Shown here piece after piece: positions 22,417 through 35,950 of a stretch of DNA of 47,719 nucleotides (its first letter is position 1; each line of letters opens with the position of its first letter). The notes below the pieces were generated by a model. The model saw only the letters and a program-made list of their open reading frames with translations, ran no database searches and had not been told where the DNA came from. Origin of the DNA: Octopus sinensis (Eukaryota); assembly GCF_006345805.1 (NCBI RefSeq), contig NW_021834519.1:1-47719 (forward strand), read 5' to 3'. The position numbers and the translations under genes are program-made.

Positions 22417-24155
22417 GTAAGTACATGGCTCTCAACTGAATGAAATACCATTGTGTTGCAGGGTTAGTCATCACCAATATCACTGGTGATCACTTCAAGT
22501 GGAATAGAATGGCGTAATGTGAAATATAAAAGCTTTGTTCAAAGACCGTACGCACCACTCAGTCCAAAATCGAATTCGCCACTTGACATTCGTTAGCTTA
22601 ATACCCTATACACTCGGTTACACGCTTTCACATGGTGTTGATAGTCCGTAGAATTGATGTTGTCATCGTAATAAATCATTGAGAATATATAGAATGCTGC
22701 CAAATAAGACAGTCATAATAAACGATAGCACAAATCTCTCATCTATATTTGATGATTAGGTTACCCTCGATATTCGAAGTTCTTTCTTAAAGATAGATTT
22801 CGTTTTCTACATAATTTATTCTCATCACTGCTGTCTATAATTACTGCCCTTTCTTGGTTGCTCCAACTCAAAATATTTCTAATTAATTCTATTATATTCG
22901 TTTCTTTCTCTATTTTTCTCCAGTTTGAGCGGCGATTTAACAAAGTTGTTTATGTTGGATAGCAATGCCTTTTGGAATTCTCTCCGATCCTCTGCGTTAT
23001 GAGTTCAAATCCCGCCGCGATAAACTTACTTTCTTTTCTTTTTAGGGTCGATAAGATTGAGTAGAAGGAATTGTTAAATGGTCGGATGAGACTCTTGGAT
23101 GCATCTGTTTCGTTTATGTGCATTCGGTATTGAAAATACATCATGTCGACAAAAACGACGACACTTCAGTCCGAAATTGCGACCGATAGATTGTGTCAGC
23201 AATTTAAAAAATACCGAAGAGGCAGCATCCTTGGTTCGATCGCTAGTTCAACGGCCACCATTGCCAACCCATACCAAAACTCTCAACCTCTTGTACTTAC
23301 TTGATTACTTCTCATCCTTCGATGAAGAGATTTCGCTTACATAGCCCTTCTCTATATTTTTCTTTTGTAAACTCGCCTCAGCTGTATTTTGAAGGATCTT
23401 AAGCCGTGGTGATTTCTTTCACATTTTTGTTTTTGTTTGCTTTTCTTTCTTTTCTTTTCTTTTTCTTTTTTTGCGGAGGGGGGAGGGTCTTTCTTTTTCA
23501 GAAATTGTGTTTTGTGGACCACATTATCAAATGTGCTCTTTTAAAATCGTATAGTGATTAGCCTGCTATTTCCAACAGACCACCCACCACAAGGAGGTCT
23601 CATTGGCCTTGACAGTTTCAACGCGTTCAGTTATTCGTTGTAATTCTCAATACACTCACTAACATCAATGGCAACAAAAAGCTGAAGTGTCTGCCATCTT
23701 CAACTTCCTGTATTAGTTAATCTGATAGTTAACCTTTATTTCCAACAAACAAACGGACTTCACAAACACTCTTAGAGTTCTTCGTATCACAACACCCAAT
23801 ATTTGCATCACCAGAAATGATCCAGTAACTGAATAATCGAAAGATTATCCCATATCAACCATTGATACTCTATCCTGCTATCGAGGGAGTCTCTATGAAG
23901 TAGCTCCGTCTACTAGAAATAACAACTCTTCGAATTGTATCCTCCGTCTTAAAATATGAGAGATTTGCATATACAGTATTTGTAAATAAAAAAAAAGTAA
24001 AAGGACTGTAATGCTTTTAATTATAGGCTAACCGGAGTAAACCTTCAGCAAATTCCAACAACCCCTTCTTTTTGTGCTAATTCTATGTTGTTTATGTTTA
24101 TTGTCCCCTTGGCCTCTATCAACCCATGAACCTTCATTCATGAATAGTTTAAATA

Positions 24156-24386
24156 TATTCCTTTACTACCCACAAGGGGCTAAACACAGAGGGGACAAAC
24201 AAGGACAGACAAACGGATTAAGTCGATTACATCGACCCCAGTGCGTAACTGGTACTTAATTTATCGACCCCAAAAGGATGAAAGGCAAAGACGACCTCGG
24301 CGGAATTTGAACCCAGAACGTAATGACAGACGAAATACGGCTACGAATTTCGCCCGGCGTGCTAACGTTTCTGCCAGCTCACCGTC
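24156..24386 (-). mobile_element. Family-A SINE (long tail), well conserved
   Basis: Reverse-complement match to 1130-1360. Confidence 0.92.
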
Positions 24387-24517
24387 TTTGAACAGTTTAA
24401 ATAATCAATTTAACAGGCAACTGAAATAATCTTCCTAATTATGTCCTTGATTATTCCTCTCAATATTCTCATTAACAAAATCAATGCCCACTTTTGAATA
24501 ACGCTAATTTGTTGATG

Positions 24518-24953
24518 CGGATCTTTTCGGTTTGAACGGCAGTTTTTTATAGCGGTGTCATATGAAATTGTCACCCATACTTATGACCCTAGAATCGATC
24601 TATTGCATTTCAATTTCTTTTAGGGTTAGGGTTAGGGTTAGTTAGGGTTAGGGGTGGGAGAAGGGTATCTTTTTTTCTTCACAAATGTAAATATACCCAA
24701 TCTGTTTCTTAAACGAGGGATATATTCATACGGCACAGAATGCTTTTTAACTCAATGGACGTCATTGGTTGGTTGAAATTCCAGAAATTGAAGAAAAGAT
24801 AACAACAAATATCTTACAAACTATAGAATTTTCTCAATAAAGCCAAGAGAAAAAGATGTTTTATAAACACATTCCACCAGTATACGAAGTTAAAAAAATT
24901 TTCAGTTACCTAGAAATTATGTTAAAAACTGCCGTTCAAACCGAAAAGATCCG
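24518..24953. mobile_element. 436-bp MITE with perfect 30-bp TIRs and internal TTAGGG repeats
   Basis: CGGATCTTTTCGGTTTGAACGGCAGTTTTT at 24518-24547 and its reverse complement at 24924-24953; TTAGGG x5 at 24620-24653. Confidence 0.9.
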
Positions 24954-25463
24954 TTCGTGCTAATACGCATCTGTTTTCTTAATGTCGGCATTTTTATGTC
25001 AGTAAACTGAGTTCCTGGTGTCAGCAAATTTAAACATTAACATTTTTTTGTTGTCTACATTCATGATGTCAGCCTTGTTGATTAATGCCAGTGTTGTACA
25101 TGTCAATAACCTTATTGGCAGCCTTATTTTGCCCTACATTTAAAATATTCCACCAAGTAATTTCTTTTACAGTATACAGCAAATTATACCAGCAAATGCT
25201 TACCACCTATTTTGACCTGTATTCAACAATTTCTACCCGCTAATGTCTACCTGTTATTTTGTCTAAACTTTAACTGATACCTCCAATGCCTTTTTTTAAT
25301 TAATAATGGATACAATAATGGATACAATACATTTTAGTGGGTGGTATATAAACGACAAATTTGGACTTATTTTATCGAACTCAGAAAACTGATAAGTACT
25401 CAAATCCGGCTTAAAAGTATCATGAAAGTATTGGGGATGGAGAAGTCGGGAATTGATTCAGTC

Positions 25464-25513
<50 letters not shown>

Positions 25514-25520
<7 letters not shown>

Positions 25521-25925
25521 TTGTTTGTCTCTCTGTAGCCTTAAGGCTCTCTTCTAACGCCAGCTCAAAAATTTACTCGTCCTGTCGAAAAGACGCTTGT
25601 CTGTGACGTCCTGTTTTTGTTGTTATTATTATTATCATTATTGTTTTTGCGTATTTTCTATTTTTATTCGTGTAACATCGTCCGTTTTTCCGTCCTTGTT
25701 TTGTATACTTTCGAGGCTTTCTTCCAAGGAATCTAATGCGCTTGGCTTAGATTTTCCTTTGGGGCTGGCCAGGTCGGAGCAATCTCAAGATTAATCAGCC
25801 GAAATTGCGAAGATGATCCGGTTCTTGACTGAAGATTGAAGGCTTCGAATGTCCCGTCCGTGTTTTATTGTGTCGTCTTCTAAATGTTTCACGTTCTTGT
25901 CCCATTTGTATATTTTTTACTTTAC
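25514..25925. mobile_element. Inserted sequence of unknown class within a (TA)n tract
   Basis: Absent from the paralogous site at 28964-29093; bounded by (TA)n; no recognisable ORF. Confidence 0.45.
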
Positions 25926-26043
25926 ATATATATATATATATATTATATATATATATATATATATAATATATATATAATTGATAAAAATGGTAAGACAACA
26001 AAATAAAGAAAGAGACCTCGATATTATGTAAATAGAGGAATTT

Positions 26044-26270
26044 ATCTGTAAATGCAATATGTGACATTTATTCGGTAGCCATCATAAAACTCCGAGTTTC
26101 GGAAGCCGAGGTGGAAACTACTACGCCGCCAAAATAACAGTCATGTTTCATAGCATTTTTCCGATGGCCGGATAACTGAAAAGATGGCGGCTTGGATTTC
26201 CACCTCGGCATCCGAAACTCGGAGTTTTATCATGGCTACCGAATAATTGTCATATATTACATTTACAGAT
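26044..26270. mobile_element. 227-bp MITE with ~75-bp TIRs
   Basis: ATCTGTAAATGCAATATGTGAC...GCCGAGGTGGAAA vs TTTCCACCTCGGC...CATTTACAGAT, with few mismatches; TA context at both ends. Confidence 0.88.
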
Positions 26271-27339
26271 ATATATATATATATATATATATTGAGTGGT
26301 TACTGTATTAAGTCTTGCAATTCAACTGTAGTGCCCATATTTTCCAATATGTACATCAGAAATTCTACGGTAAGAATATAATCAGTCTTATCGATTTATT
26401 ACTTGCCCGATTACTTTTCGCTATGAATCCTGGTAGAATTAAGGGTAAGATCGATATCCCCTCTCCCCCATGAGACTTGAACTCATGGAAGGAAATAAAC
26501 ATTGCACGGCATTTTGCCCGACATCATTGGGATGTTTAGCACGCGATTCTTAAGTTCGTGGGTTAGAGTTTCGAATTGGGCAGGGAGTTGTGTTGTCTTT
26601 TTAGAACCTAAATGAACGTAAGTAAATATTCTAAGGCGTTTCGCTCGACGTAGTTAGGGTCTTCCGCTCACGATTACAATTCTAGGTTATTGGTTCGATT
26701 TGCGGATCGAACAGCACGGCGCGTCTTTGAGCGAAGCGCTTCACTTCACTTCGCTCCTGTCCATCCAGGCTAAGAACGGGAGTCAGCATCACCTATGTGT
26801 TATTCCTTCGATGTCACTGATGTCATGTGTTATGCTCTTAACCACCTAAACACTCCGGAAATCCGGATCTGTTTCAGCTTCATGAGCTTGTAAGTTTGAG
26901 GTCCGTATTAATTTTATTATTTATTTACCGCCCGCCCAACGCTTTACCGATTCTACTTTCTACTGCCTGATGTAATACTGACGACATTACAAATAGTGAG
27001 TTACAGATAGAGAACGGAACACGAGCTTAATTTCAGGGATATATAAATCTTCAGCTCTGAACATAATTGATTAGAAACGAGGTAAACGAAAAAAAAACAA
27101 AGTAATAAAAAAGTGTAAAAAAATTCACATCAAACAAAGTATCATCATCGTCATCGCCACCACCTTCATCCTAACCATCATCATCATCATCACAATTGTA
27201 TTTTGTCATATGAATTTTAATGTAACAGAAGAGATGTTTTTGAGGAAATCTCTCTAAAAGAATGGCTTCTTCAGCATTCAAATGTATTCTGGTTTGGAGT
27301 AATTCTCCCAAACAACTTTTTTTCTTCTTGTGTGCATGT

Positions 27340-27369
27340 GAATTATGCATACATTCATACATACATATA

Positions 27370-27446
<77 letters not shown>

Positions 27447-27486
27447 TTCATACATACATATATACATATATATATATATACATATA

Positions 27487-27524
<38 letters not shown>

Positions 27525-27720
27525 ATATATATATATATACATATATATACATACATATATATATATATATATATCCAGATATATACAAACATACATATAT
27601 ATACACACACATGTATATTATACATTTATATATATATACATATAATATATATATATATATATTTGTATGAATGTATGAATGTATGTACGTATGTATATAT
27701 GTATTTTGTAGGTATGTTTC
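27340..27720. repeat. (TA)n/(CATA)n compound microsatellite
   Basis: Directly visible. Confidence 0.95.
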
Positions 27721-28069
27721 ATAAGTGTTTCTTCTAACGATTGCCAAGCTTAACGGTAGTAATAAAGCGAGGAAGACGTGAAGCAGGTAGGAACATGAAA
27801 ATTCCTTTCAATGGCTGAATAGAAATGAAAAGCAAAAAAATATATATATATATACATATATATTTATATAGAGTCACAAAAACAATAACAACGAAAGCAA
27901 CTACAGCTAAGGTATTACAGCCATAAAAACAACGACAACAACGAGATTACGACGATGTTTCTATTGAAATATTTAGTCAAAACTTTTGAAATTTAGTTCG
28001 TTCATAAATCGGTTTTGTCTCCTTAAATTTATGCCACCAATTTATAGCTCCAGACTTTTTGCTTGCTTT

Positions 28070-28142
28070 ATATTCTTCCTCTTCTTCTTCTTCTTCTTCT
28101 TCTTCTTCTTCTTCTTTTCTTCTTTCTTCTTCTTCTTCTTCT

Positions 28143-28177
<35 letters not shown>

Positions 28178-28240
28178 TTCAACTTCTCCTTCTCCTTCTC
28201 CTTCTCCTCCTCCTCCTCCTCCTCCTCCTACTCCTACTCC
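28070..28240. repeat. (CTT)n grading into (CCT)n
   Basis: Directly visible; source of the poly-E/poly-S/poly-F ORFs. Confidence 0.95.
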
Positions 28241-28339
28241 ATACAACCCTCATGTTTCCATTTTTTTTGGCGTCTTCTCTGCTGCATGTGTTTAGTAATT
28301 TGTTTAGTCATATTGTGAATGTATTTATTTCTATTGTCA

Positions 28340-28691
28340 TGCATGCATACACACATATTTATATATATATATATACATATACACACATATATACATATGT
28401 ATGTATATATGTATATATACACTAATGCATATAAATATATACAAACATATAAATACACACATATATATATGCATATGTAAATATATATGTACATATTTAT
28501 GCATTTATACACATACATATACATGTACATAAATATAAATATACATACAAATATATATGTATATATATGAATATAGATATATATAAACACACACACACAT
28601 ATATATATATATATTTATATATATTTATGTGTATATGTGTATATATATATATGTATATATATATGTATGTGTATATATATATATATGTATG

Positions 28692-28726
<35 letters not shown>

Positions 28727-28745
28727 TTACATATACAGACAGGCG

Positions 28746-28777
<32 letters not shown>

Positions 28778-28800
28778 TATATATTTACATATACATATAA
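28340..28800. repeat. Degenerate (TA)/(CA)/(TG) microsatellite field
   Basis: Directly visible. Confidence 0.9.
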
Positions 28801-29021
28801 AATAATTTATTTCCCAAATCTTTTCACCAAACTTTTATATATTCACCCCTCCTTTCCCTGACTAAATTATGAGGTGTGTGTGTGTGTATGTATGTATGTA
28901 TGTATGTATGTATGTATTCATTCGCACGCGCGTGTGCGTGCGTAGTTGTTTGTATGCGCCATGTCATGAAAGTACTGGCGATGGAGAAGTCGGGAGTTGA
29001 TTCAGTCTCCATATATATACA

Positions 29022-29062
<41 letters not shown>

Positions 29063-29424
29063 AGTGGTTACTGTATTAAGTCATGCAATTCAATGTTCAG
29101 CTAATCTTAACTACCGTCTTGCGTGATTCCTGTTGGATACATCGCATTTCTCAATCGCGTGATACATAAATTATGCGGCTGTCATGTCTCCTGCTCACGC
29201 CATCCATATATGGACGCCATGACAGCTTGCTGGCTGCTAAAGTAATGGCGGCAAAACACGTGAAGGGCAGTGTGCAATAGAAGAGTTAATTACATGCTTA
29301 CATCAAAATATAATTGAATCGAGAAACATAACCTTCTGCAAAGCTTTTCACTCCCTCAGTCATATATTTAATCATACACTATAACAACATATAGAGTTTC
29401 TTTGGAGTAAAAACTGTAACAGCC

Positions 29425-29675
29425 GCACCACCACCATCACCACCACCACCACCACTACTACCACCATCGCCACCGTCACCGCCACCACCACGATCACCAC
29501 CACAACGACCACCAATAACAACAACGATAATAATGATAATAATAATAATAATAGTAATAATAACAGCAATAATAATAATAATAATAATAATAGTAATAGT
29601 AATAATGATAATAATAGTAATAATAATAATAATAATAGTAGCAGTAGTAGTAGTAGTAGTAGTAATAATAATAAC

Positions 29676-29725
<50 letters not shown>

Positions 29726-29770
29726 TGATAACAATATTAATAATAAATTTTATAATAAATCAATAAATAA
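29425..29770. repeat. (CAC)n, (TAA)n and (TAG)n trinucleotide arrays
   Basis: Directly visible. Confidence 0.95.
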
Positions 29771-29829
29771 ATAATTTCACGTGATAAAACTAACTCATAA
29801 AGTGCAGACTTTGATAAATAAACAAATAT

Positions 29830-30285
29830 GTTTGTGCGTGCGTCTGCGTGCGTGTATATGTGCGTTGTGCGTATATACGTGTATGTGTATGTGTGTATAT
29901 ATATGTTTGTGTGCGTGTGGAAGTGTGTGCATGGTTATATATATTTGTGTGTATATTTACGCATGAATTGCCAAAATCGTGCGGGGGTGAAAATAATGAT
30001 ATATATATATATTATATATACAAATACGTATGTATGTATGTACATGTATACATATGTGTGTTTGTGTGTGTGTGTTTGTGTGTGTGCGTGCGTGTACCTG
30101 TGTATGAGAGAAAGGGAAAAAAGAAGAAAAGAACGGGATAGAAATATCTGACACGCAAAACTTGAACTAAAACTCTCATACATATAGGCACATAATCACA
30201 GATACGAGGAAATACGCACACACAAGCGCGCGTGCGCCAGCACACACGCACACTCGAACACATACGACGCATGTGTATATATATG

Positions 30286-30328
<43 letters not shown>

Positions 30329-30388
30329 ATATATGTATGTATATATATGTCTATGTATATAATATGTGCATATTATATATTTGTATAA

Positions 30389-30419
<31 letters not shown>

Positions 30420-30555
30420 TACATATATGCATACATATATATAAATCTATGTGCGCATGTATATATATATATACACCCACGTATAGACAGACATAAATAT
30501 GTATAGATAAATACATATATTTGTATGTCTATATATGTATACCTGTATATATTTG

Positions 30556-30627
<72 letters not shown>

Positions 30628-30966
30628 TATGTATATGAAAATATATAGGCACACAGACATATACTGAATTCATATGCATAAATACATACCGACGCATGCA
30701 TACTCACATACATGTGTATGTTTGTATGTGTGTCTGTGTGTTTACCAAAAGATTTTCACACACGCACAACTTCAACTAAAACTCATAAAAGTTTAAGAAC
30801 TAGGCACGCAAACCATAGAACACTGCACTGTGTGTTCGAGATCAATAAATATACATTCAAATGCACACATATATTCTTACATACATATATAATACATATA
30901 TACACACACATACACATATATATATACATATATATATATATATACATATATATAATATATATATAT

Positions 30967-31037
<71 letters not shown>

Positions 31038-31070
31038 GCATACATACACACATACATATATCACATATCA
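29830..31070. repeat. Dinucleotide low-complexity field (TG/TA/CA)
   Basis: Directly visible. Confidence 0.85.
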
Positions 31071-31734
31071 TTAAACTTTTCCTCTGGTTTGCTATCAGTT
31101 TTTTTTTTTTCCTTCTCATCTTTCGGTGTCTAGGGATTTTTTCATCACTCATCATCATCACCATCATCGTCATCACCGATAATACTAACGCCACCACCAC
31201 TTATCAGCATCATCATTGTTATCATCATTATCATCAGCGTTGTTGTCATTATCATGTCGAAGTTGCAGCTTTGTATTTCGTATCTAGTGAATAGGAAAAA
31301 AATAAACAAATATACACACACAAACACACACACTTACACGCACACATTCGTTCGCTCTCTCACACACACATACAGACGCATGCACACACACGCACACATA
31401 TACACACACACATACCCGCACCAACATACACACACACAGTAACACAGAAGAAGAAAAAATAAAACTAAATTGGAAATGAAGGCGTGTCCTAAGCTATTAT
31501 ATAACCCTACTTTCACTTTCGTTTCCTCATGTTATATGAAAATATAATATCATGCCAATCTATGAGAATGCTGACGTAACGATGCAGTGAGAGAGCAGCA
31601 TTCTTGACAGTCTAGAAACAGCGGTCAATCTTCCCTCAAATATAATAACACTGCGTTACAAAACGAATGGAAGAATTAGATCTTCTACTCACAGATTATT
31701 CTAAGTAACAATTAGTAACATTTCACGTAACATT

Positions 31735-31737
31735 GCT

Positions 31738-31809
<72 letters not shown>

Positions 31810-32196
31810 TAATCTATCTGTCTATCTATCTATGAATCTATCTATCTATCTACCACTACCTACAGGTATAATGTTTGTGCGTATGTATATTTATGTATAT
31901 ATATGTATATATATGTACATATATTTAGATATATTATGTATATATATATATATGTATATATATATTTATGTATATCATGTATATATATGCTTATATATGT
32001 GTATATATATAATATGCATGTATATGAATACATATATGTATATATGACATTCATATATGTGTGTGTGTGTGATTTTGTGTCATATATACATACATACATA
32101 TATATATATATATGCATGTATGTATGTATAAATATATATGTATATATATGTATAAATGAGTATGTGAATATATATAGTAGTAGCAGCAGCAGGAGT

Positions 32197-32232
<36 letters not shown>

Positions 32233-32248
32233 CAGCAGCACCAGCAGC

Positions 32249-32301
<53 letters not shown>

Positions 32302-32472
32302 CAGTAGTAGTAGTGCAAATGCAACGTGGCAATGACACAACTGTACAATAAGGAAGAACTAGTGAGCGTGTATATTGTGTGTGAGGCATGAACTTGTAAG
32401 TAAATATACAAGGTCTGAATTTCTCACGTGCTGCAGGAACGGCAGCAGCTGTGGTAGCAGCAACAGTGGTAA

Positions 32473-32507
<35 letters not shown>

Positions 32508-32527
32508 GTAGCAGCAACAGTAGCAGC

Positions 32528-32572
<45 letters not shown>

Positions 32573-32920
32573 GGTGGTGGTGGTAGTGGCGGCGGCGGCG
32601 GTGGTGGTGGTGATGGTGGTGGTGGTGGTGGTGTTAGAAGTAGTATTAGTAGTGGTGGTGGTGGTGGTGGTGATGGTCGTGGTAAAAGTAGTAGTAGTAG
32701 TAGTAGCACTAACGTTACTGCTAAATATATGTCTATATATATGAGCATAGACATGCATATATCTATATGCATATATAGATATGCATATATATAATAAATA
32801 TATATGTATGCATATATATATTTGTACATATATATATATGTACATATATATATATATATATGTACACATATATATATATATTTATATATATATCTACATA
32901 TATATATTATATATATATAT

Positions 32921-32975
<55 letters not shown>

Positions 32976-33065
32976 CCTACCTACATACATAATACATACA
33001 TACATACATACATACATACACACACGCTGATATGTAAGTATGTATGTATATATGTATGTATATTG
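31735..33065. repeat. Compound field: (TCTA)n, TA/TG, (TAG)n, (CAG)n, (GTG)n, (TA)n, (CATA)n
   Basis: Directly visible; a small complex island sits at about 32313-32450. Confidence 0.9.
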
Positions 33066-33209
33066 TCAATTGCTTATTGTTAAATCTTGGTGGATGAGAA
33101 CCAAAAATTGATACTGGCTTTACTTGAGCTCCGAATATGCTACTGGTAGCCATTCTATTCCGTTCAATTCTTCACATCAACAAAATGAGAGGGTGCCAAA
33201 TTGAAAACC

Positions 33210-33720
33210 AATGGCGACTTACAAGCTCAGGGCTGAAATCATAAATGGTAGCTCAGATTTTAGCTGCACATGATCAATGCCAAAATACAAATATCTATAT
33301 GTGCAAACCACGAAACAAGAGGCTAACGATGAGTGCAGATCAATACATTGTGAAAACTGACCACGCTAATTCTGACAATTTATGTAGATACGATAAAGGC
33401 GGCAGCTGGAGAATATGTGGAATTTGAGAAGAAACTATTGCCCGCGTTGTCTTTAGTCGCCAGGTCTAAGCCAAGGAAAAATACTTCTCTGCACATCAGA
33501 GTTGGGGCTTTCATGGGTGTTGGGATGAGAATCGTGCAGCTTTATTATACAGTAATTGAAAAGAGGTGACATAGGCGTCCAGGAATAAAAGATGTCCGAG
33601 AATGACAGAGAGGACATTCTCTAGGATATGCCAGGCGGTGACTGGAAAGAGTAAGGACAAAATGACATGTTCTATGCACCCTGATTTTCCAAATCCTTCT
33701 GAGATCAAGTATTTTGTTTA
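33210..33720 (+). mobile_element. Highly decayed R4/Dong-like LINE remnant
   Basis: Fragments WRLTSSGLKS*MVAQILAAHDQC and TVIEKR*HRRP...DMPGGD resemble the recalled L..SGLK.ETE..I.AAQDQ and RRPD..D motifs. Confidence 0.45.
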
Positions 33721-34984
33721 TAATTTTGGGGTAGATAAAATAAACTACCATTCCACAGCAGTGAATCGGTGAGGTTGTTAATTCATCACTATGAATGACT
33801 TGTGATATTTGTAATATTTGTTCCGAATTCTTGAATAGCCGACTTCATGTTTGGCCTGGTTTAATATCATAAATAAATCTTTGGGTGCTTCGTGGATTTT
33901 ACTGTTTCTCTTTGAAGTATTTCCTCCCTTTCTCTCATCAGTCTAGGAAGCCCTGAATCTAATATAGGCTCATGGGTGTTACCCTTGCCTCTCTGACTAA
34001 ACGGTAAAAGAAAACAAACAAAAAGTTAACATGACAGGGAAATTCAGACTAATAGGTCGGAAATTGTTATTAAGGACAATCAGAAATGGAAATTACTACA
34101 AATCAACGGATGAATCAAACAGACGTTAATGTATCTTTAAATGAAATTTAGAAATTATCCAGATACAATGATCTTGAAATGGAAATTAGAATGCGGTGGC
34201 TGAAAAGACAAACGACTTCTATAATGATACAATTGTTAAATCAATGTTTCAATCTAGTACTGGGCTCAATTTAATTTATTAACTTTACCTCCTCAAACCA
34301 AGATGAAGCCTTGCGTTTATAAGGTTATTACCATTATTATCATCCTGTTGAGTCCTCTGTTCTATCTGTTCTACCGGAGAATTTCATCGTCATTAAAATA
34401 GAGTAAATTTGGTTATAAATCTCTCTTCTCTTTACTTTACAGATAATTTTACACGAATTTAGAAATTTTCTCAAAATGTCGTTGCCTTGACTCTACACGA
34501 AAAAGGTTTTTAAAATTCTTTTTTCCGTTCCATACTTCACAATTCCGATTGAAAATTTCCGCGATTTCAATCCCCAACCCTTTGAATTCGGAGAGTTTTT
34601 TTTTACCATCTTTACTGAGATATTACTTTGATTTCAGGAAGCCACATAATTTGGAGTATCTGATTCGGATCTCTTGTCACTTATAATGATGTCAAATCGG
34701 TTGACCCTTATCTCCTCACCGGTCCCTCAACTTCCGATGCCTTTCATCCGTTCGTGGTCGATTAAAATAAAGTACTGATCAGCTACTCTGATCGATGTAA
34801 ACGACTATTTCCTTTCCATCAAAATTATTGACCTTCTACTTAAATCAGAAACCATTATGAACAACGAAACTAATTGAAAAATAATTAACAATCGACCGTA
34901 ACAATTGCCGCTAGATATAGCTTCCGCTGTTACTGTTGTCATCCGGCTTTATATCGTCCTATATGTCCTTCGTTTTAAGATTAA

Positions 34985-35450
34985 GGATCACCATCGTAAA
35001 GTTTGACCAGGTATCTGCTTATGTATGTGCGTGCATGGATACCGACAGGATCCACGCATGTATGTCTCCTCTCTCCACACCACTGATGCTGTCCAAAGGA
35101 AATTTCGCAGAATTATTCAAGTTATATTGCTTGGCCTCAATATCGTCATAGGTGTAGCTGTCAGAAAGAAAACAATCAGAACAGAATATACATTTTCTCC
35201 GACTCTCAAACAGCTCCACCAGTCCACCGCCATTGATTGATACTTTCTTATCGTCCCCAAAAGGATGAAAGTGAAGGATCGATACAAACATCGGGTATTG
35301 ACCCGATGACGGGTTAATACCCAGAAACTCGAGTCCGTGTGTATCATAAGTTGGAGACGAGAAGGATGGCTTCCCTTTGCAAATACTGATAGGGCACAGA
35401 AAGTGTGTCTATAGCCAGCTGGAGGAGATGTCCTCCTGGGGCTACAAATT
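34985..35450 (+). mobile_element. Possible decayed L2/Jockey-group LINE remnant
   Basis: Fragments SLTRYLLMYVRAWIPTGSTHVCLL and LETRRMASLC loosely resemble post-RT motifs. Confidence 0.3.
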
Positions 35451-35649
35451 ACAGTAGCATCCACTCTTAGGGGTTAGCCATATTTAAATGGCAAATATAC
35501 GTCACAGCGACAGATATTCGATCCAACGTTCTAATTACTCCGACAATTCGCCGCCTTTTAAGACTATCAGTGTTTGGTTTTAAAAGTTTTTGCTGCTGTT
35601 TCTAGCAGGTCGAGTTACAACTTGGTGGCTCACTAGTTAACTGATGTGA

Positions 35650-35950
35650 TAGTGGTTTATCGGCAAAGATTGTATATCACATGACACAGTCTTCAGATCT
35701 TATTCGTATATACCTGGTTAAAGTTGAAGGTTGTGTGTGAGTTTATATCTTCAGGCTCCACTATATAGACATGGTTATAGATGAAGATTGTATGTCACAT
35801 GACATTATATATTCAGGCTTCACTCTCTTATAAGGGAGATTAAGAGTGAAGGTTCTGTATTACAATATCTTTAGGCCAATTATAAAAGAAGTGGCTATGG
35901 ATTACGTTTGCAAATCACAAGATATTCTATACCTTCAGGCCACGCTTATC
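35650..35950. repeat. Degenerate ~60-bp minisatellite, about 5 units
   Basis: GAAG(A/G)TT motif at about 35665, 35726, 35783 and 35848; TTCAGG-like motif at a similar spacing. Confidence 0.7.

Noticed and set aside
23099-23344. Short ORFs in unique sequence (also 22761-22943, 9552-9830, 8607-8810)
   Set aside because: No recognisable motif or consistent splice sites, and the lengths are expected by chance
24620-24653. True telomere or chromosome-fusion scar
   Set aside because: Only five units, lying inside a TIR-bounded element
29176-29227. GCTGTCATG...CATGACAGC stem with a central TCCATATATGGA palindrome
   Set aside because: The stem is only 9 bp with poor pairing in between, which is compatible with chance
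32394-32437. GTAAGT...CTGCAG mini-intron-like segment between microsatellites
   Set aside because: About 41 nt is very short, and both flanks are simple repeats
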